64,000 bases of DNA, taken from contig OZ245838.1 of NCBI GenBank assembly GCA_965228735.1, forward strand, positions 5,376,001 through 5,440,000. Direction: 5' to 3'. The notes under the pieces were generated by a model that was not told the origin of the DNA, searched no databases, and saw only the letters and a list, made by a program, of their open reading frames with translations. This DNA comes from Planctomycetota bacterium (GTDB lineage Bacteria; Planctomycetota; UBA1135; UBA2386). Made by a program: the position numbers and the translations under genes. Positions 20,600-32,669 of this stretch are shown piece by piece; within the stretch, counting starts at the first letter, position 1; every line of letters begins with the position of its first letter.

Positions 20600-20818
20600 G
20601 CCGATCTCAGGGTAGCGGGCTCGTTGTGCTCCGGGACGGCTCGGCGCCCTCGGGCGACGGGCCCTTCGCGGACGGGCGGGGCCGTTTGCAACGTGGTTCG
20701 CGGAACGGGGTTCCCGGACGGCAGCGTTTTCCGGATCGTGGCGGCGCCTCGTCCCGGATCGCTGCCCGCCGGAACCCGGCCGTCGCGGTAGTGCCGAGCC
20801 TGGGCTACCGTCGCGCCG

Positions 20819-21241
20819 ATGCCGAACCTCAACCTCGTCCGGTCCGTCGCTGTTCTGATCGTCGCCGCGCTCATCGCCGGTTGCGCCGGCCCGTCCTACC
20901 GCGCGGGCACCACCGGTCGGCCCTACTCCGCGGCCGTGACCTACCGCGGCCTGACGTTCGTCGCCGGCAAGATCGGCAGCGAGCGCGGCCCGGGCGTGTC
21001 GTTCGAGGCCGAGGTGAACTCGGCGCTCGACGCCCTCGCGGCCGAGCTGGCGAACGACGGCCTCACGCTCGACGACTGCCTCACCGCGACGGTCTATCTC
21101 ACGGACATGGCGCGCTACCAGGAGTTCAACGCGATCTACGGCCCGCGCTTCACCACGCCGCCGGCGCGCGCGTGCGTCGCGGTGAAGGAGTTGCCGCTCG
21201 GTGCGCGAGTCGAGATCCAGGTCGTCGCCCGGTCACGTTGA
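20819..21241 (+). CDS. RidA/YjgF-family protein with a lipoprotein signal
   Basis: PYSAAV, TVYLTDM...FNAIY, PARACVAVKELPLGARVEI; N-terminal LIAGC lipobox. Confidence 0.85.
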   Translation: MPNLNLVRSVAVLIVAALIAGCAGPSYRAGTTGRPYSAAVTYRGLTFVAGKIGSERGPGVSFEAEVNSALDALAAELANDGLTLDDCLTATVYLTDMARYQEFNAIYGPRFTTPPARACVAVKELPLGARVEIQVVARSR

Positions 21242-21302
21242 ACGTCGGTCACGTTGAACGACGGTCGCGTTTGAGCGACGGTCGCGTTGAGCGACGGTCG
21301 CG
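21230..21302. repeat. About 4.5 x 16-bp degenerate tandem repeat (CGGTCRCGTTGARCGW)
   Basis: Units visible at 21230, 21246, 21262, 21279 and 21295. Confidence 0.85.
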
Positions 21303-21326
21303 CGGAACGGTCCGGGTGGGTGCCGG

Positions 21327-24148
<2,822 letters not shown>

Positions 24149-24182
24149 GCCCGACGTGATCGGGGTCGACCGTCCCTGCGCC

Positions 24183-24279
24183 ATAGCTGGTGCTTTGAGT
24201 GTGCATGCCGTCGCGCTGGCCCGCGCCGCGTCATACATGCGGTGAACCGTATTCAAGGCTGGTGCTTTGAGTGTGCATG
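24183..24279 (-). repeat. Two direct copies of the IS-end-like motif (22 bp GCTGGTGCTTTGAGTGTGCATG) with a 50-bp spacer
   Basis: 24186-24207 is identical to 24258-24279; between convergent genes. Confidence 0.9.
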
Positions 24280-24350
24280 GGCGCCCGGCGCCGACCGGCA
24301 ACCCGACCCGACGCTCGTCTCGGCCAGATCGTGTCGCGCGCGGGTTGTGC

Positions 24351-25136
24351 CTACGGCAGCTCGCGAACCCGGATGTTGCGGAACGACACGGGCGCGCCCT
24401 CGGCCTCGAGCGCGAGGTAGCCCTGCGCCGGCTGGCACTCGCGCCCGCCGTTGACCTCCTGGCCGTTGACCCACAGCCGGACCTCGCCGTTGATGGCGCG
24501 GACGTAGTAGTGGTTCCACTGGCCGAACGGCCTGGTCAGGCGCGCCGTCGGAAAGCTGCGTGCGCTCTTGTCGTTGCCGACCTGGTAGACCGCGCCGTCT
24601 GCCGCCGTGTATTCGATCTTCGGGGTGAACGCCTGCATCTTGGACGCGCCGACCGGGAACACGTCGCCGTGGCTCGTGAACCAGTTCGAGTGTTTGCCCT
24701 CGTGGTTCTTGCGCCAGTTGGTCTCGTAGCCGAGGTCGAGGATCTGCACCTCGATGCCGCTGCGCGGCAGCTGTCCGGGCGGCAGATCGGTGAACGCCGA
24801 TTCGGGGCACCAGACGAACAGCCCCGAGTTGCCGGCGAACGTGTGATGCTGCCACTCCATCACGAGCTCGAAGTTGCGATACGTCGTCTTCGTGCGGGCG
24901 CCGCCGTTCGGCTTGCCCGTGCAGCGGATGACGCCGTCCTCCTCCGCCCAGGTGTCGGGCTTGCCGTTGACGTTCACGAAGTCCGCGAGCGTGAGCACGC
25001 GCCAACCGGGACCGTCGCCGCGAATCCACGCCTTCTCGAGGTTCTTGCCCTGGGTCAGGGTCAGCGGCGCGAGCGTGGCGCTCGCGAGGGCGAGAGCGGC
25101 GAGGGTGAGACGGTGGATGCGAGCGGACGCGGTCAT
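24351..25136 (-). CDS. DUF1080 (3-keto-disaccharide hydrolase-like) secreted protein
   Basis: Signal peptide; YRNFELVMEW, NSG.FVW, IEVQILD, GQWNHY, GYLALEAEG..V.FRNI. Confidence 0.88.
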   Translation of the reverse strand: MTASARIHRLTLAALALASATLAPLTLTQGKNLEKAWIRGDGPGWRVLTLADFVNVNGKPDTWAEEDGVIRCTGKPNGGARTKTTYRNFELVMEWQHHTFAGNSGLFVWCPESAFTDLPPGQLPRSGIEVQILDLGYETNWRKNHEGKHSNWFTSHGDVFPVGASKMQAFTPKIEYTAADGAVYQVGNDKSARSFPTARLTRPFGQWNHYYVRAINGEVRLWVNGQEVNGGRECQPAQGYLALEAEGAPVSFRNIRVRELP

Positions 25137-25182
25137 CGTCGCAGCGTAGCGCGCCGCTGGCCGCGGGCCACGCAGCACCGCG

Positions 25183-25518
25183 CTACATCGTCCGGATGAG
25201 CGCCCACGCGATACCGGCGCCCGCGGACAGCACGTTGCCGAGCAGGACTGCCGAGGCGGCGCGCCACGCGGGCAGGCGCAACAACCCGGCCAACGCTCCG
25301 AACTCACCGAGGACGACGAGGAACTCGATCGCGCCCCACGGCAGGACGTCGTTCTGCGCGGTCAGCACGGCGAGCGGGTGACTCAGCATGTTGACGGCGA
25401 GGCAGCCGAGCAACGCAGACCGCCGGGCAGTGCCACGGAACAGCAGCGCAACGATGCCGAGTTCGATGAGCAGCGTCAGTGCGAGCAGCGGCAGGTAGTG
25501 CAGCAGGGTATGGGCCAT
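25183..25518 (-). CDS. Small integral membrane hypothetical protein
   Basis: Four hydrophobic segments; TLLIE, N.LSHP, IE..VV..E and N.LS motifs. Confidence 0.7.
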   Translation of the reverse strand: MAHTLLHYLPLLALTLLIELGIVALLFRGTARRSALLGCLAVNMLSHPLAVLTAQNDVLPWGAIEFLVVLGEFGALAGLLRLPAWRAASAVLLGNVLSAGAGIAWALIRTM

Positions 25519-25525
25519 CGCGGAA

Positions 25526-26107
25526 TCAGTGACTCGCGGGGCGCGCCTTGCTCGCGAGAACGACCAGCAGGACTGCGCCGGCCGCGGCGATCGCGAGCAG
25601 GAGCCACGTTCCGGAACCGTCGAGCTCGTTGCCGGCGGCGTCGAATCGACGTTCCCCGACGACGGTGAAGTCGATGCCATCCGGTCGCACATCCGTGACG
25701 CGAACGGTCGTCACGACGTGGGCGAGCGGATCGGCCATCGGCGCGGAGGAGATCTCTCCGACCGGCACGCGGGCGCGGGCCCACGTCGTGGCCGCGGCAG
25801 CCTCGCGATCCTCGGGGAAGTTCGCGGTCGTCGGGACCGCCCAGATCAGGGTCCCGTACTTGCTCGAGAACGAGAACGGTTCGCCGGCCTGGATCTCGGT
25901 CACGCCGCCGAACCCGCGGCACGGAAACGCGACTAGCCGGAGGTCGTCGCCGAGGTCGCCCCACTCGAGGACGACGTCGTGCTCGACGCCGTGATGGCCG
26001 GGTGGCAGGACGTCCGGCAGCGGATTGGCGGGCAGCGGACTCGGCGGCAGCGGACAGGCGGGAGCCGACGTGACGAACAGGGTGGCCAGTGCGAGGCTGC
26101 GCAGCAT
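25526..26107 (-). CDS. Secreted hypothetical protein with a C-terminal TM anchor
   Basis: N-terminal signal peptide; C-terminal WLLLAIAAAGAVLLVVLA followed by basic residues. Confidence 0.65.
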   Translation of the reverse strand: MLRSLALATLFVTSAPACPLPPSPLPANPLPDVLPPGHHGVEHDVVLEWGDLGDDLRLVAFPCRGFGGVTEIQAGEPFSFSSKYGTLIWAVPTTANFPEDREAAAATTWARARVPVGEISSAPMADPLAHVVTTVRVTDVRPDGIDFTVVGERRFDAAGNELDGSGTWLLLAIAAAGAVLLVVLASKARPASH

Positions 26108-26180
26108 CGGATCGAACAACGTCGTTCGGCGCAGCGGGTTCCCGGCGCGCCGGTGATTTCCCCCAGGCTAACGTGGTGTC

Positions 26181-27041
26181 GTGTTCGACCTCCAGCAGAC
26201 TCGCCGCGCTCCGACGTGGCTCGTCGTCGTGGTCCTGCTCGCGCTCTATCCGTGGAGCGTGCTCGTCAACCAGTGGTTCGCGGCCAACCACTACTACGAG
26301 CCGCTCGTGGTCGCGACGAACGGGCTGCTGTATCCCAATCTGCAGGTCTGCCTGCCGACGGTCATCGTCTGGCTCCTCGTGTGGCGGGCTGCAGGTTTGC
26401 GCCTCGGCGATGTCGGTTGGCGGGGGCGCGACCTGTTGGTCGGCGTGCTCGCGACGTTGCTCGTCTGGCTGCTCGTGCACTTCGTGGCGGTGATCTTCAC
26501 GCTGCCCGACGTCGCGCCCGCGACCGAACCGACGACCGCCCCGGCACTCGCGATCGGCAAGCTGCTCGGCCAGCTCCTCGGGAACGCGCTCTACGAGGAG
26601 ACGCTCTACCGCGGGTTCGTCCTCGTGCAGCTCCTGCTCCTGCTGCGCGCTCGCGGCGTCGGCCGCGTGGCCGCGGCGTGGCTCGCCGCGCTCGGCTCGG
26701 CGCTCGTGTTCGCGTTGCCGCACATCCCCAACCGGCTCTATCGCGGCGAGTATGCCGATCTGGGCGCGCTGCTCGGCGATCAGATCGTGCTGCTGCTCTC
26801 CGGCCTCTTCCTCGCCTGGGTCTACCTGCGGACCCGCAACCTCTGGTGGCTCATCGGCCTGCACAGCCTCGCGAACGCGCCGACCCTGCTCGTCGAGTGG
26901 GAGGCTGCGCCCGGTACCATCGGCAAGAAAGACGTCGTCGGCGGGCTCGGCCTGCTGCTGACGCTGGCCTGGCCGTTGGTCAGGCGTTTTTCTCGCAGCC
27001 GTGCACGGAACGAGCCGGCTGCGGACATCGGTGAGGCATGA
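26181..27041 (+). CDS. CPBP (CAAX/Abi) family intramembrane metalloprotease
   Basis: EE..YRG, F...H and H...N motifs; multiple TM segments. Confidence 0.88.
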   Translation: MFDLQQTRRAPTWLVVVVLLALYPWSVLVNQWFAANHYYEPLVVATNGLLYPNLQVCLPTVIVWLLVWRAAGLRLGDVGWRGRDLLVGVLATLLVWLLVHFVAVIFTLPDVAPATEPTTAPALAIGKLLGQLLGNALYEETLYRGFVLVQLLLLLRARGVGRVAAAWLAALGSALVFALPHIPNRLYRGEYADLGALLGDQIVLLLSGLFLAWVYLRTRNLWWLIGLHSLANAPTLLVEWEAAPGTIGKKDVVGGLGLLLTLAWPLVRRFSRSRARNEPAADIGEA

Positions 27042-27226
27042 GCACTTTGCTGACATCGATCCTTCCCTTCTTCCTCAGCGCCGCCATGAACAGCCCGGCT
27101 GGTGGCGATTGCTGCGAACCCGGCTGTTGCGAGATCTGCCCGCCGGCCTGCTGCGAGTCGTGCCCGCCCGAGTGCGAGCCGTGCCCGCCCGGTTGCTGCG
27201 GCGGCACCGCCAAGGCCAGGCCGTAG
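27038..27226 (+). CDS. Cys/Pro-rich 62-aa peptide (12 Cys) with a hydrophobic leader
   Basis: ATGA overlap with the CPBP stop, RBS-like GAGG, exactly fills the gap before the ECF gene. Confidence 0.7.
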   Translation: MSTLLTSILPFFLSAAMNSPAGGDCCEPGCCEICPPACCESCPPECEPCPPGCCGGTAKARP

Positions 27227-27236
27227 AATCGGCGCG

Positions 27237-27821
27237 ATGGCGCGCGCGACCCTGGACCCCGCGGAGTTCACGACGGCGTTCGCCCGCTTCGGGCGCACGC
27301 TGTGGGTGATCGCTGCGGCCTGGGTCGGGCGCGCTGACGCGGCGGATGTCGTGCAGGAGACTGCGCGGGTCGCCTGGGAGCGGCGGTCGACGTTCGCTGG
27401 TGCGGGCGAGGTCACCGAGCTGCGGGCCTGGCTCGCGCAGATCGCGCGCCACACGGCAGCCAACTGGCGGCGTCGCGCGCGGCGGTGGCTGGTGGCCCTC
27501 GCGGACGATGACGACGGCGTGGCCGATCGTTTGCCCGCTGCCGAGTCATCGCCGATGTCGTCACCCGCCGCGGTGGCGGCGACGTCCGAGTTCGACGCGG
27601 ATGCGCTCGGGCTCTCCGATGAGGTCGCGAACGCCCTCGCTCAACTATCCGAGGTCGCACGCGCGTGCCTGCTGCTGCAGGTCGTCGCCGGCCACACCTT
27701 CCCTGAGATCGCCATTCTGCTCGACATTCCCGAGAACACCGCGGCGAGCCACGCGCGGCGCGCCCGACTTGCGCTCCGCGCCGCGCTGACCGCGAAACCC
27801 GCTGCCTCACAATCACGATGA
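27237..27821 (+). CDS. ECF RNA polymerase sigma-70 factor
   Basis: Region 2 DVVQE..W...WLAQIARH; region 4 AL.QLS..R..L..GHTFPEIA..L.IPENT. Confidence 0.88.
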   Translation: MARATLDPAEFTTAFARFGRTLWVIAAAWVGRADAADVVQETARVAWERRSTFAGAGEVTELRAWLAQIARHTAANWRRRARRWLVALADDDDGVADRLPAAESSPMSSPAAVAATSEFDADALGLSDEVANALAQLSEVARACLLLQVVAGHTFPEIAILLDIPENTAASHARRARLALRAALTAKPAASQSR

Positions 27822-28504
27822 CCGAAGACGACCAACGACTGCCGGGAAGCGGTTCCGGTGCAGGGCCCGACGACCGGCTCGACCGCGAGCTGCGGGCGGC
27901 GTTCGCGCCGCCGGCGGATCGCGAGTTCGAAGCGATGGCACGTGACGTCGCCGCGACGCCTCCGGCGCCGGCGGTGCCGCACTTGCCGTGGGTCACGCTG
28001 AGCACCATCGCGGCGCTGCTCTGCGTCGGGCTGCTGCTCTGGGCCAACATCGTGCCCGTCGCATCGCCGGGTGCGGCGGCATCGGCAGTGACGGCCCAAG
28101 TGACGGCGCAGCTGAACGGCAGCGAGCTCGGTCTGCTGTGGGTCGCGGCGTATCGCGACGCAGCGGATCGCGGCTTCGAGGGTGGTTGCTGTGAGCCGTC
28201 GTTCGATCTGCCGGCCGCGTGCCACGACGAGTTCGCGACGCGCGTCGGGCTCGCGGACGGAGCGAACGTGCGGATCTGCGGCAGCTACTGCGGACTGGAG
28301 ACGGGGGGGTGCGTGGCGATGATCGCGCGCGCCGGCGAGCTGCCGATGTGCGTCTACATCGTGCGCCGCGCGGACGATCCGGGTGTCGAGCTGCCGCTGG
28401 GCAGCGACCTGCGGCTGTCGCGGCGCGAGCTCGACGACCTCGTCCTCTACGCACTCGCGCCGGCGCCGGTCGAGGCGACACTCGCGGCATTCGTGACCCT
28501 GTAG
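27818..28504 (+). CDS. Putative anti-sigma factor (single TM, Cys-rich extracytoplasmic domain)
   Basis: ATGA-coupled to the ECF gene; DDRLDRELRAAF N-terminus, one TM, C-terminal domain with several Cys. Confidence 0.7.
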   Translation: MTEDDQRLPGSGSGAGPDDRLDRELRAAFAPPADREFEAMARDVAATPPAPAVPHLPWVTLSTIAALLCVGLLLWANIVPVASPGAAASAVTAQVTAQLNGSELGLLWVAAYRDAADRGFEGGCCEPSFDLPAACHDEFATRVGLADGANVRICGSYCGLETGGCVAMIARAGELPMCVYIVRRADDPGVELPLGSDLRLSRRELDDLVLYALAPAPVEATLAAFVTL

Positions 28505-28573
28505 TCGGGGACTGCGGCCCGGTCCCGGAAGAGCCGGCTCCGTTGCGGGGACCCGGTCGGCTACGATCGCGGT

Positions 28574-29803
28574 ATGCCGACCGCGACCCCGTTTGCCGTC
28601 ACCGTCACCGCTGCCGCCGCGCTGTTCGCGAGCACGCTGCCGCCCCAGGAAGCCGGGGATCGCGCCGGCGCGACGATCTCGGCGGAGAGCGCCCGGTTCG
28701 ACTTCGACGCGGAGTGGCGCAAGATCGCTGACGAGCTGCACGGACTCTGCGAGCAGCAGGGCGTCGTCGGCGGCAGCTTGTGGTTCATCGACGGTTCCCG
28801 GGTCCGCGCGTTCGAGTGCCACGGGTTCGCGGATCAGGCCGGCGAACGCGCGGTGGACGGCGAGACGGTGTTCCACTGGGCGAGCATCACCAAGACGCTG
28901 ACGGGCATCGCGGTCATGCAGCTGCGGGATCGCGGGCGACTGCAGCTCGAGCAACCGGTGATCGACCTCGTGCCGGAGCTCGCCGAGGTTCACAACCCGC
29001 ACGGTCCGACCGAGGGCATCCTGATCCGCCACGTGATGTCGCACTCGGCGGGCTTCCGCGGTTCGACGTGGCCGTGGGGCGGCAACGAGGACTGGCATCC
29101 GCACGAGCCGACGCGCTGGTCTCAGCTCGTCGCGATGATGCCGTACACCGAGGTCGAGTTCGCGCCGGGGTCGCGCTTCTCCTACAGCAATCCGGGGATC
29201 ATCTTCCTCGGCCGTGCGATCGAGCGGCTCAGCGGCGACGACTACGAGGTCTACATGCACAAGAACGTGCTCGGGCCGCTCGGGATGACGTCGTCGTACT
29301 TCGACGTCACGCCGTATCACCTGCAGAAGCACCGTTCGCACAGCTATTCGCGCGGCCGCGACGGTGCGGTGCAGGATCTGGGACCGGACTTCGACACCGG
29401 GATCACGGTGAGCAACGGTGGGCTCAATGCGCCGGTATCCGACATGGCGCGCTACCTGATGTTCTTGCTCGGCGCGCGCGAAGAAGGTTCGCCGGCAGCG
29501 GCCGTGCTCGCGCGTGATTCGCTCGAGTCGATGTGGCAGCCCATCGTTCCGGTCGCGCTCGCCGGTGATGCCGGCGGCGAGCAGATGGGGTTGACGTTCT
29601 TCCTGCAGCAGCACGGCGGCCAGCGGTTCGTCACGCACACGGGCGGGCAGCGCTCGTTCATCACGTTCTTCTACGTGCACCCGGAGTCGGGGACCGGGGC
29701 GCTCGGCGCGTTCAACACGGGCACGGCGGGGCCCGTGATGGCGGCGATGCGGCGGGCGTGCATGCAGCGACTGTCCCTGCCGCTCGCCGCGGAGCGACGC
29801 TGA
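28574..29803 (+). CDS. Serine hydrolase, beta-lactamase/AmpC-like family
   Basis: Signal peptide, F..ASITK (SxxK), YSN, HTGG. Confidence 0.9.
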   Translation: MPTATPFAVTVTAAAALFASTLPPQEAGDRAGATISAESARFDFDAEWRKIADELHGLCEQQGVVGGSLWFIDGSRVRAFECHGFADQAGERAVDGETVFHWASITKTLTGIAVMQLRDRGRLQLEQPVIDLVPELAEVHNPHGPTEGILIRHVMSHSAGFRGSTWPWGGNEDWHPHEPTRWSQLVAMMPYTEVEFAPGSRFSYSNPGIIFLGRAIERLSGDDYEVYMHKNVLGPLGMTSSYFDVTPYHLQKHRSHSYSRGRDGAVQDLGPDFDTGITVSNGGLNAPVSDMARYLMFLLGAREEGSPAAAVLARDSLESMWQPIVPVALAGDAGGEQMGLTFFLQQHGGQRFVTHTGGQRSFITFFYVHPESGTGALGAFNTGTAGPVMAAMRRACMQRLSLPLAAERR

Positions 29804-29846
29804 GTCCGAATATCGCGGCCGGACCCGGGTATCGTCGGAGACCGCC

Positions 29847-31742
29847 GTGAAGCAGATCGTCATCGTCCTCGCCGCGCTCGTGGCCGTCGCCTTCATCTGG
29901 TGGCAGGCCGCGACCGTCGACTTGATCCCGGATCTCGGCAAGCCGCCGCCAGATACCGGTGCCGCAGCCGACTCGACCGTTGGGGCGCCGGCGTCGGGAG
30001 CGGACGCGACGGGCTCGCCCGGGACGCGCGAGGCGGCCGACCCGGCCCCCGCGGTCGATGGCCCGGTCGCCGACGACGGCGGCGAGCCGCAGCCGGCTGC
30101 CGAGGCGCCGCGATCGTTGCGCCTGCTCATCGTCGATGGTGCGGGCGAGCCGGTCGGCGCGGCCGAGGTGGCGGTGTTCGAGGACGCCGGTCGTCGGCGC
30201 GGCGTCGAGCTCATTCGGCTGCGCAGCGACGCGGCCGGCCGCTGCGACGCGCCGGTCACCGGTGCCCTGATCGTGTCCGCGCGGCGGGCCGACGTCGGCT
30301 GGTCCGGCGACGTACTCGTTCGCGCGCGAGGACCGGACGAGCCGGCGCGCGTCGTGTTGCTCGCCACGGCGACCGTGCGCGGTCGCGTGACGTTGCCGGA
30401 CGGCCAGCCGGCAGTCGGGGCCCTCGTCTGGGGCCGCTCTTCGGCGTACGCAGAAGAACGCACCGACCGGGTGCCGGGCCAACGCACCGATGCGGACGGT
30501 CGCTTCGAGGTGCAAGTCGTGGCAGGGCGCGGCGGGGACGACCACACGTTCGGCGCCCAGCTCGATGGTCGCCACAGCGAGCAGGTGCAGGTGCCGCAGC
30601 TTTCGCCGGGCGAAGTCGTCGACATCCACGTGCGCTTTCCCGGCGCCTTCCGGGTGCGCGGTGACCTGCTCACGGAGAACGGCGACCCGTTGCCTGGGCG
30701 CGTCTGGCTCGTGCGCAAGGCAGGCACGCCGGGTCGGGCGCTGTTTCGCACCGAAGCCGACTCGATCGGCGCGTTCGAGTTCCTGCTCGTCGATGGCGGC
30801 GAGTTCACCGTCGTCGGCGGGGTCGAAGGCAGGACGTCGGCCGTCGCCTCGGTGCGTCTCGAACCCGGGGCCGAGACCGCGGAGGTCGAACTGCGCACCC
30901 GGCCGTTCGCCGCGGTCTCCGGGCGAGTCGTCGACGAGGGCGGTGCTCCGCTGGGTGGCGTGTTCGTCGGACTGTCGTTCGACTTCGAACGCGACGCGGT
31001 CGAACGCCAGCGCTCGTCGCTGCACGGCAACCTGCCGCGCGGCGACACCGCAGCAGACGGCACGTTCTCGTTCCTCGCGCCGGCCGGGTATCGCCTGCAG
31101 CTCGTTGCGCGCCCGGTCGCGGGCAATCGCAACCTGCTCGTGCGCGGGCCGCGGTTCGTGTCCCCGGCGCAGGGACTCACGCTCACGATCGGCGCGGCCG
31201 ATCGCCAGGGGTTCGTGCTGTTCGGGGACGTCACGTCGCGCTCGTCGGGCCAGCCGATCGCGAGCGCCACGGTGCAGATGGTGACGAAGAAGGGCAGCGG
31301 TTCGAGCATGGGCAAGGTCGGCGTGGTCGAGAACGGCAGCTACGAGACGGAGATCCTCGCGCCGAGCGGCAGCGCGTGGTTCGAGATCCAGGCCAGCGGC
31401 TATGCACCGATGCGGCACGGCCCGATCGATCTCGGGATCGGGCGTCGAAGGCTGGATTTCGCGCTTCCCGATCTCGGGACGATGCGCGTCCGCGTGCATC
31501 GACCGGACGGCACGCCCGCCGTGGGCTACCGCGTCATGCTCGGCTACGAGCCGTACGATCCGTTCGGCCCCGCGTGGCAGGGCAAGACGAACGCGGAGGG
31601 CATGATCGAGTTCGAGAAGATCATTCCGCGCGACTATCGCGTGATCGCGCGCGCGCCAACCGAAGCCGGCGGCGAGGGCGAGACCCCCGCAACCGTGGTT
31701 TCGGGCGAGCGCAGCGACGTCGAGGTGTTCATCGCGCGCTGA
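29847..31742 (+). CDS. Carboxypeptidase-regulatory-like (beta-sandwich) repeat protein, membrane-anchored
   Basis: N-terminal TM; repeated G.V....G.P..G.... / TDADG.F units. Confidence 0.75.
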   Translation: MKQIVIVLAALVAVAFIWWQAATVDLIPDLGKPPPDTGAAADSTVGAPASGADATGSPGTREAADPAPAVDGPVADDGGEPQPAAEAPRSLRLLIVDGAGEPVGAAEVAVFEDAGRRRGVELIRLRSDAAGRCDAPVTGALIVSARRADVGWSGDVLVRARGPDEPARVVLLATATVRGRVTLPDGQPAVGALVWGRSSAYAEERTDRVPGQRTDADGRFEVQVVAGRGGDDHTFGAQLDGRHSEQVQVPQLSPGEVVDIHVRFPGAFRVRGDLLTENGDPLPGRVWLVRKAGTPGRALFRTEADSIGAFEFLLVDGGEFTVVGGVEGRTSAVASVRLEPGAETAEVELRTRPFAAVSGRVVDEGGAPLGGVFVGLSFDFERDAVERQRSSLHGNLPRGDTAADGTFSFLAPAGYRLQLVARPVAGNRNLLVRGPRFVSPAQGLTLTIGAADRQGFVLFGDVTSRSSGQPIASATVQMVTKKGSGSSMGKVGVVENGSYETEILAPSGSAWFEIQASGYAPMRHGPIDLGIGRRRLDFALPDLGTMRVRVHRPDGTPAVGYRVMLGYEPYDPFGPAWQGKTNAEGMIEFEKIIPRDYRVIARAPTEAGGEGETPATVVSGERSDVEVFIAR

Positions 31743-31892
31743 GTAGCCGGTGCGAAGCCATCGGGCACTGGGCCATCGGGCCTGGAATCGTCTGGGCGTA
31801 ACCGTGTCCAGAACCGTAGCGGCGCTCCGAAGGGCCGCGGCGAGAGAAGGCATTGGCGAGCGCGGCCCAACGCGGGCAAACTGCTTCGCCCC

Positions 31893-32669
31893 ATGACCGA
31901 GTCCCGCATCCTCGTCGACCGTCCCGAGACCGGGATCCTGCTCGTGACGCTCAATGCCGCGGAGCGGCGCAACGCGATCGATCAGGCGATGGTCGACGCG
32001 CTGCACGCGATGCTCGACGAGCACGAGAACGATCCCGAACTGGCCGTGATCGTGATCACGGGCGCCGGTGAGAAGGCGTTCGCCGCCGGCGCGGACATCG
32101 CGCAGCTGCGCGATCGCACGGCCGCGGACGCGCGCAAGGCGATCAACAGCACGATCTTCAACCGCATCGAGGAGTGTGCCGTGCCCGTCATCGCGGCGGT
32201 CAAGGGCTACGCGCTCGGCGGCGGCTGCGAGCTCGCGATCGCGTGCGATCTGCGCGTCATCGGTGAGTCGGCGAAGCTCGGTCAGCCCGAGGTCAAGCTC
32301 GGCATCATGCCGGCAGCGGGCGGGACCTATCGCCTGCCGCGACTCGTCGGTCTCGGGCGCGCGCGCGAACTGGTCTACACGGGTCGCATGGTCGACGCGG
32401 ACGAGGCGCTGCGCATCGGACTCGCGAACGCAGTCGTGCCGGATGCCGAAGTGGTCGAGCGCGCCGTGGCGCTCGGTCGTGAGATCGCGCAGAACGGCCC
32501 GCTCGCGGTGCGCGCGGCCAAGCGCTCGATGAACACGCTCGCGCGCCCCGGTCAGGACCTGGCGATCGAGTTCGAGAGCGAGGCGCAGGCCGCGCTGTTC
32601 GACAGTGACGACAAGCGGGCGCGCATGGACGCGTTCCTGAGCAAGGGCAAGAACAAGAAGAAGAGCTGA
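31893..32669 (+). CDS. Enoyl-CoA hydratase (crotonase)
   Basis: AFAAGADI, GYALGGGCELA, QPEVKLGIMP. Confidence 0.93.
   Translation: MTESRILVDRPETGILLVTLNAAERRNAIDQAMVDALHAMLDEHENDPELAVIVITGAGEKAFAAGADIAQLRDRTAADARKAINSTIFNRIEECAVPVIAAVKGYALGGGCELAIACDLRVIGESAKLGQPEVKLGIMPAAGGTYRLPRLVGLGRARELVYTGRMVDADEALRIGLANAVVPDAEVVERAVALGREIAQNGPLAVRAAKRSMNTLARPGQDLAIEFESEAQAALFDSDDKRARMDAFLSKGKNKKKS

Noticed and set aside
24183..24279. Canonical CRISPR mini-array
   Set aside because: Only two repeats, and the repeat is the dispersed IS-end motif; kept as a repeat finding
27641..31315. 1224-aa minus-strand ORF, and similar long antisense ORFs at 3300-5135, 11399-13537, 15968-18124, 21576-23642 and 49677-51959
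   Set aside because: Shadow ORFs of high-GC genes; they overlap well-supported genes and carry no motifs
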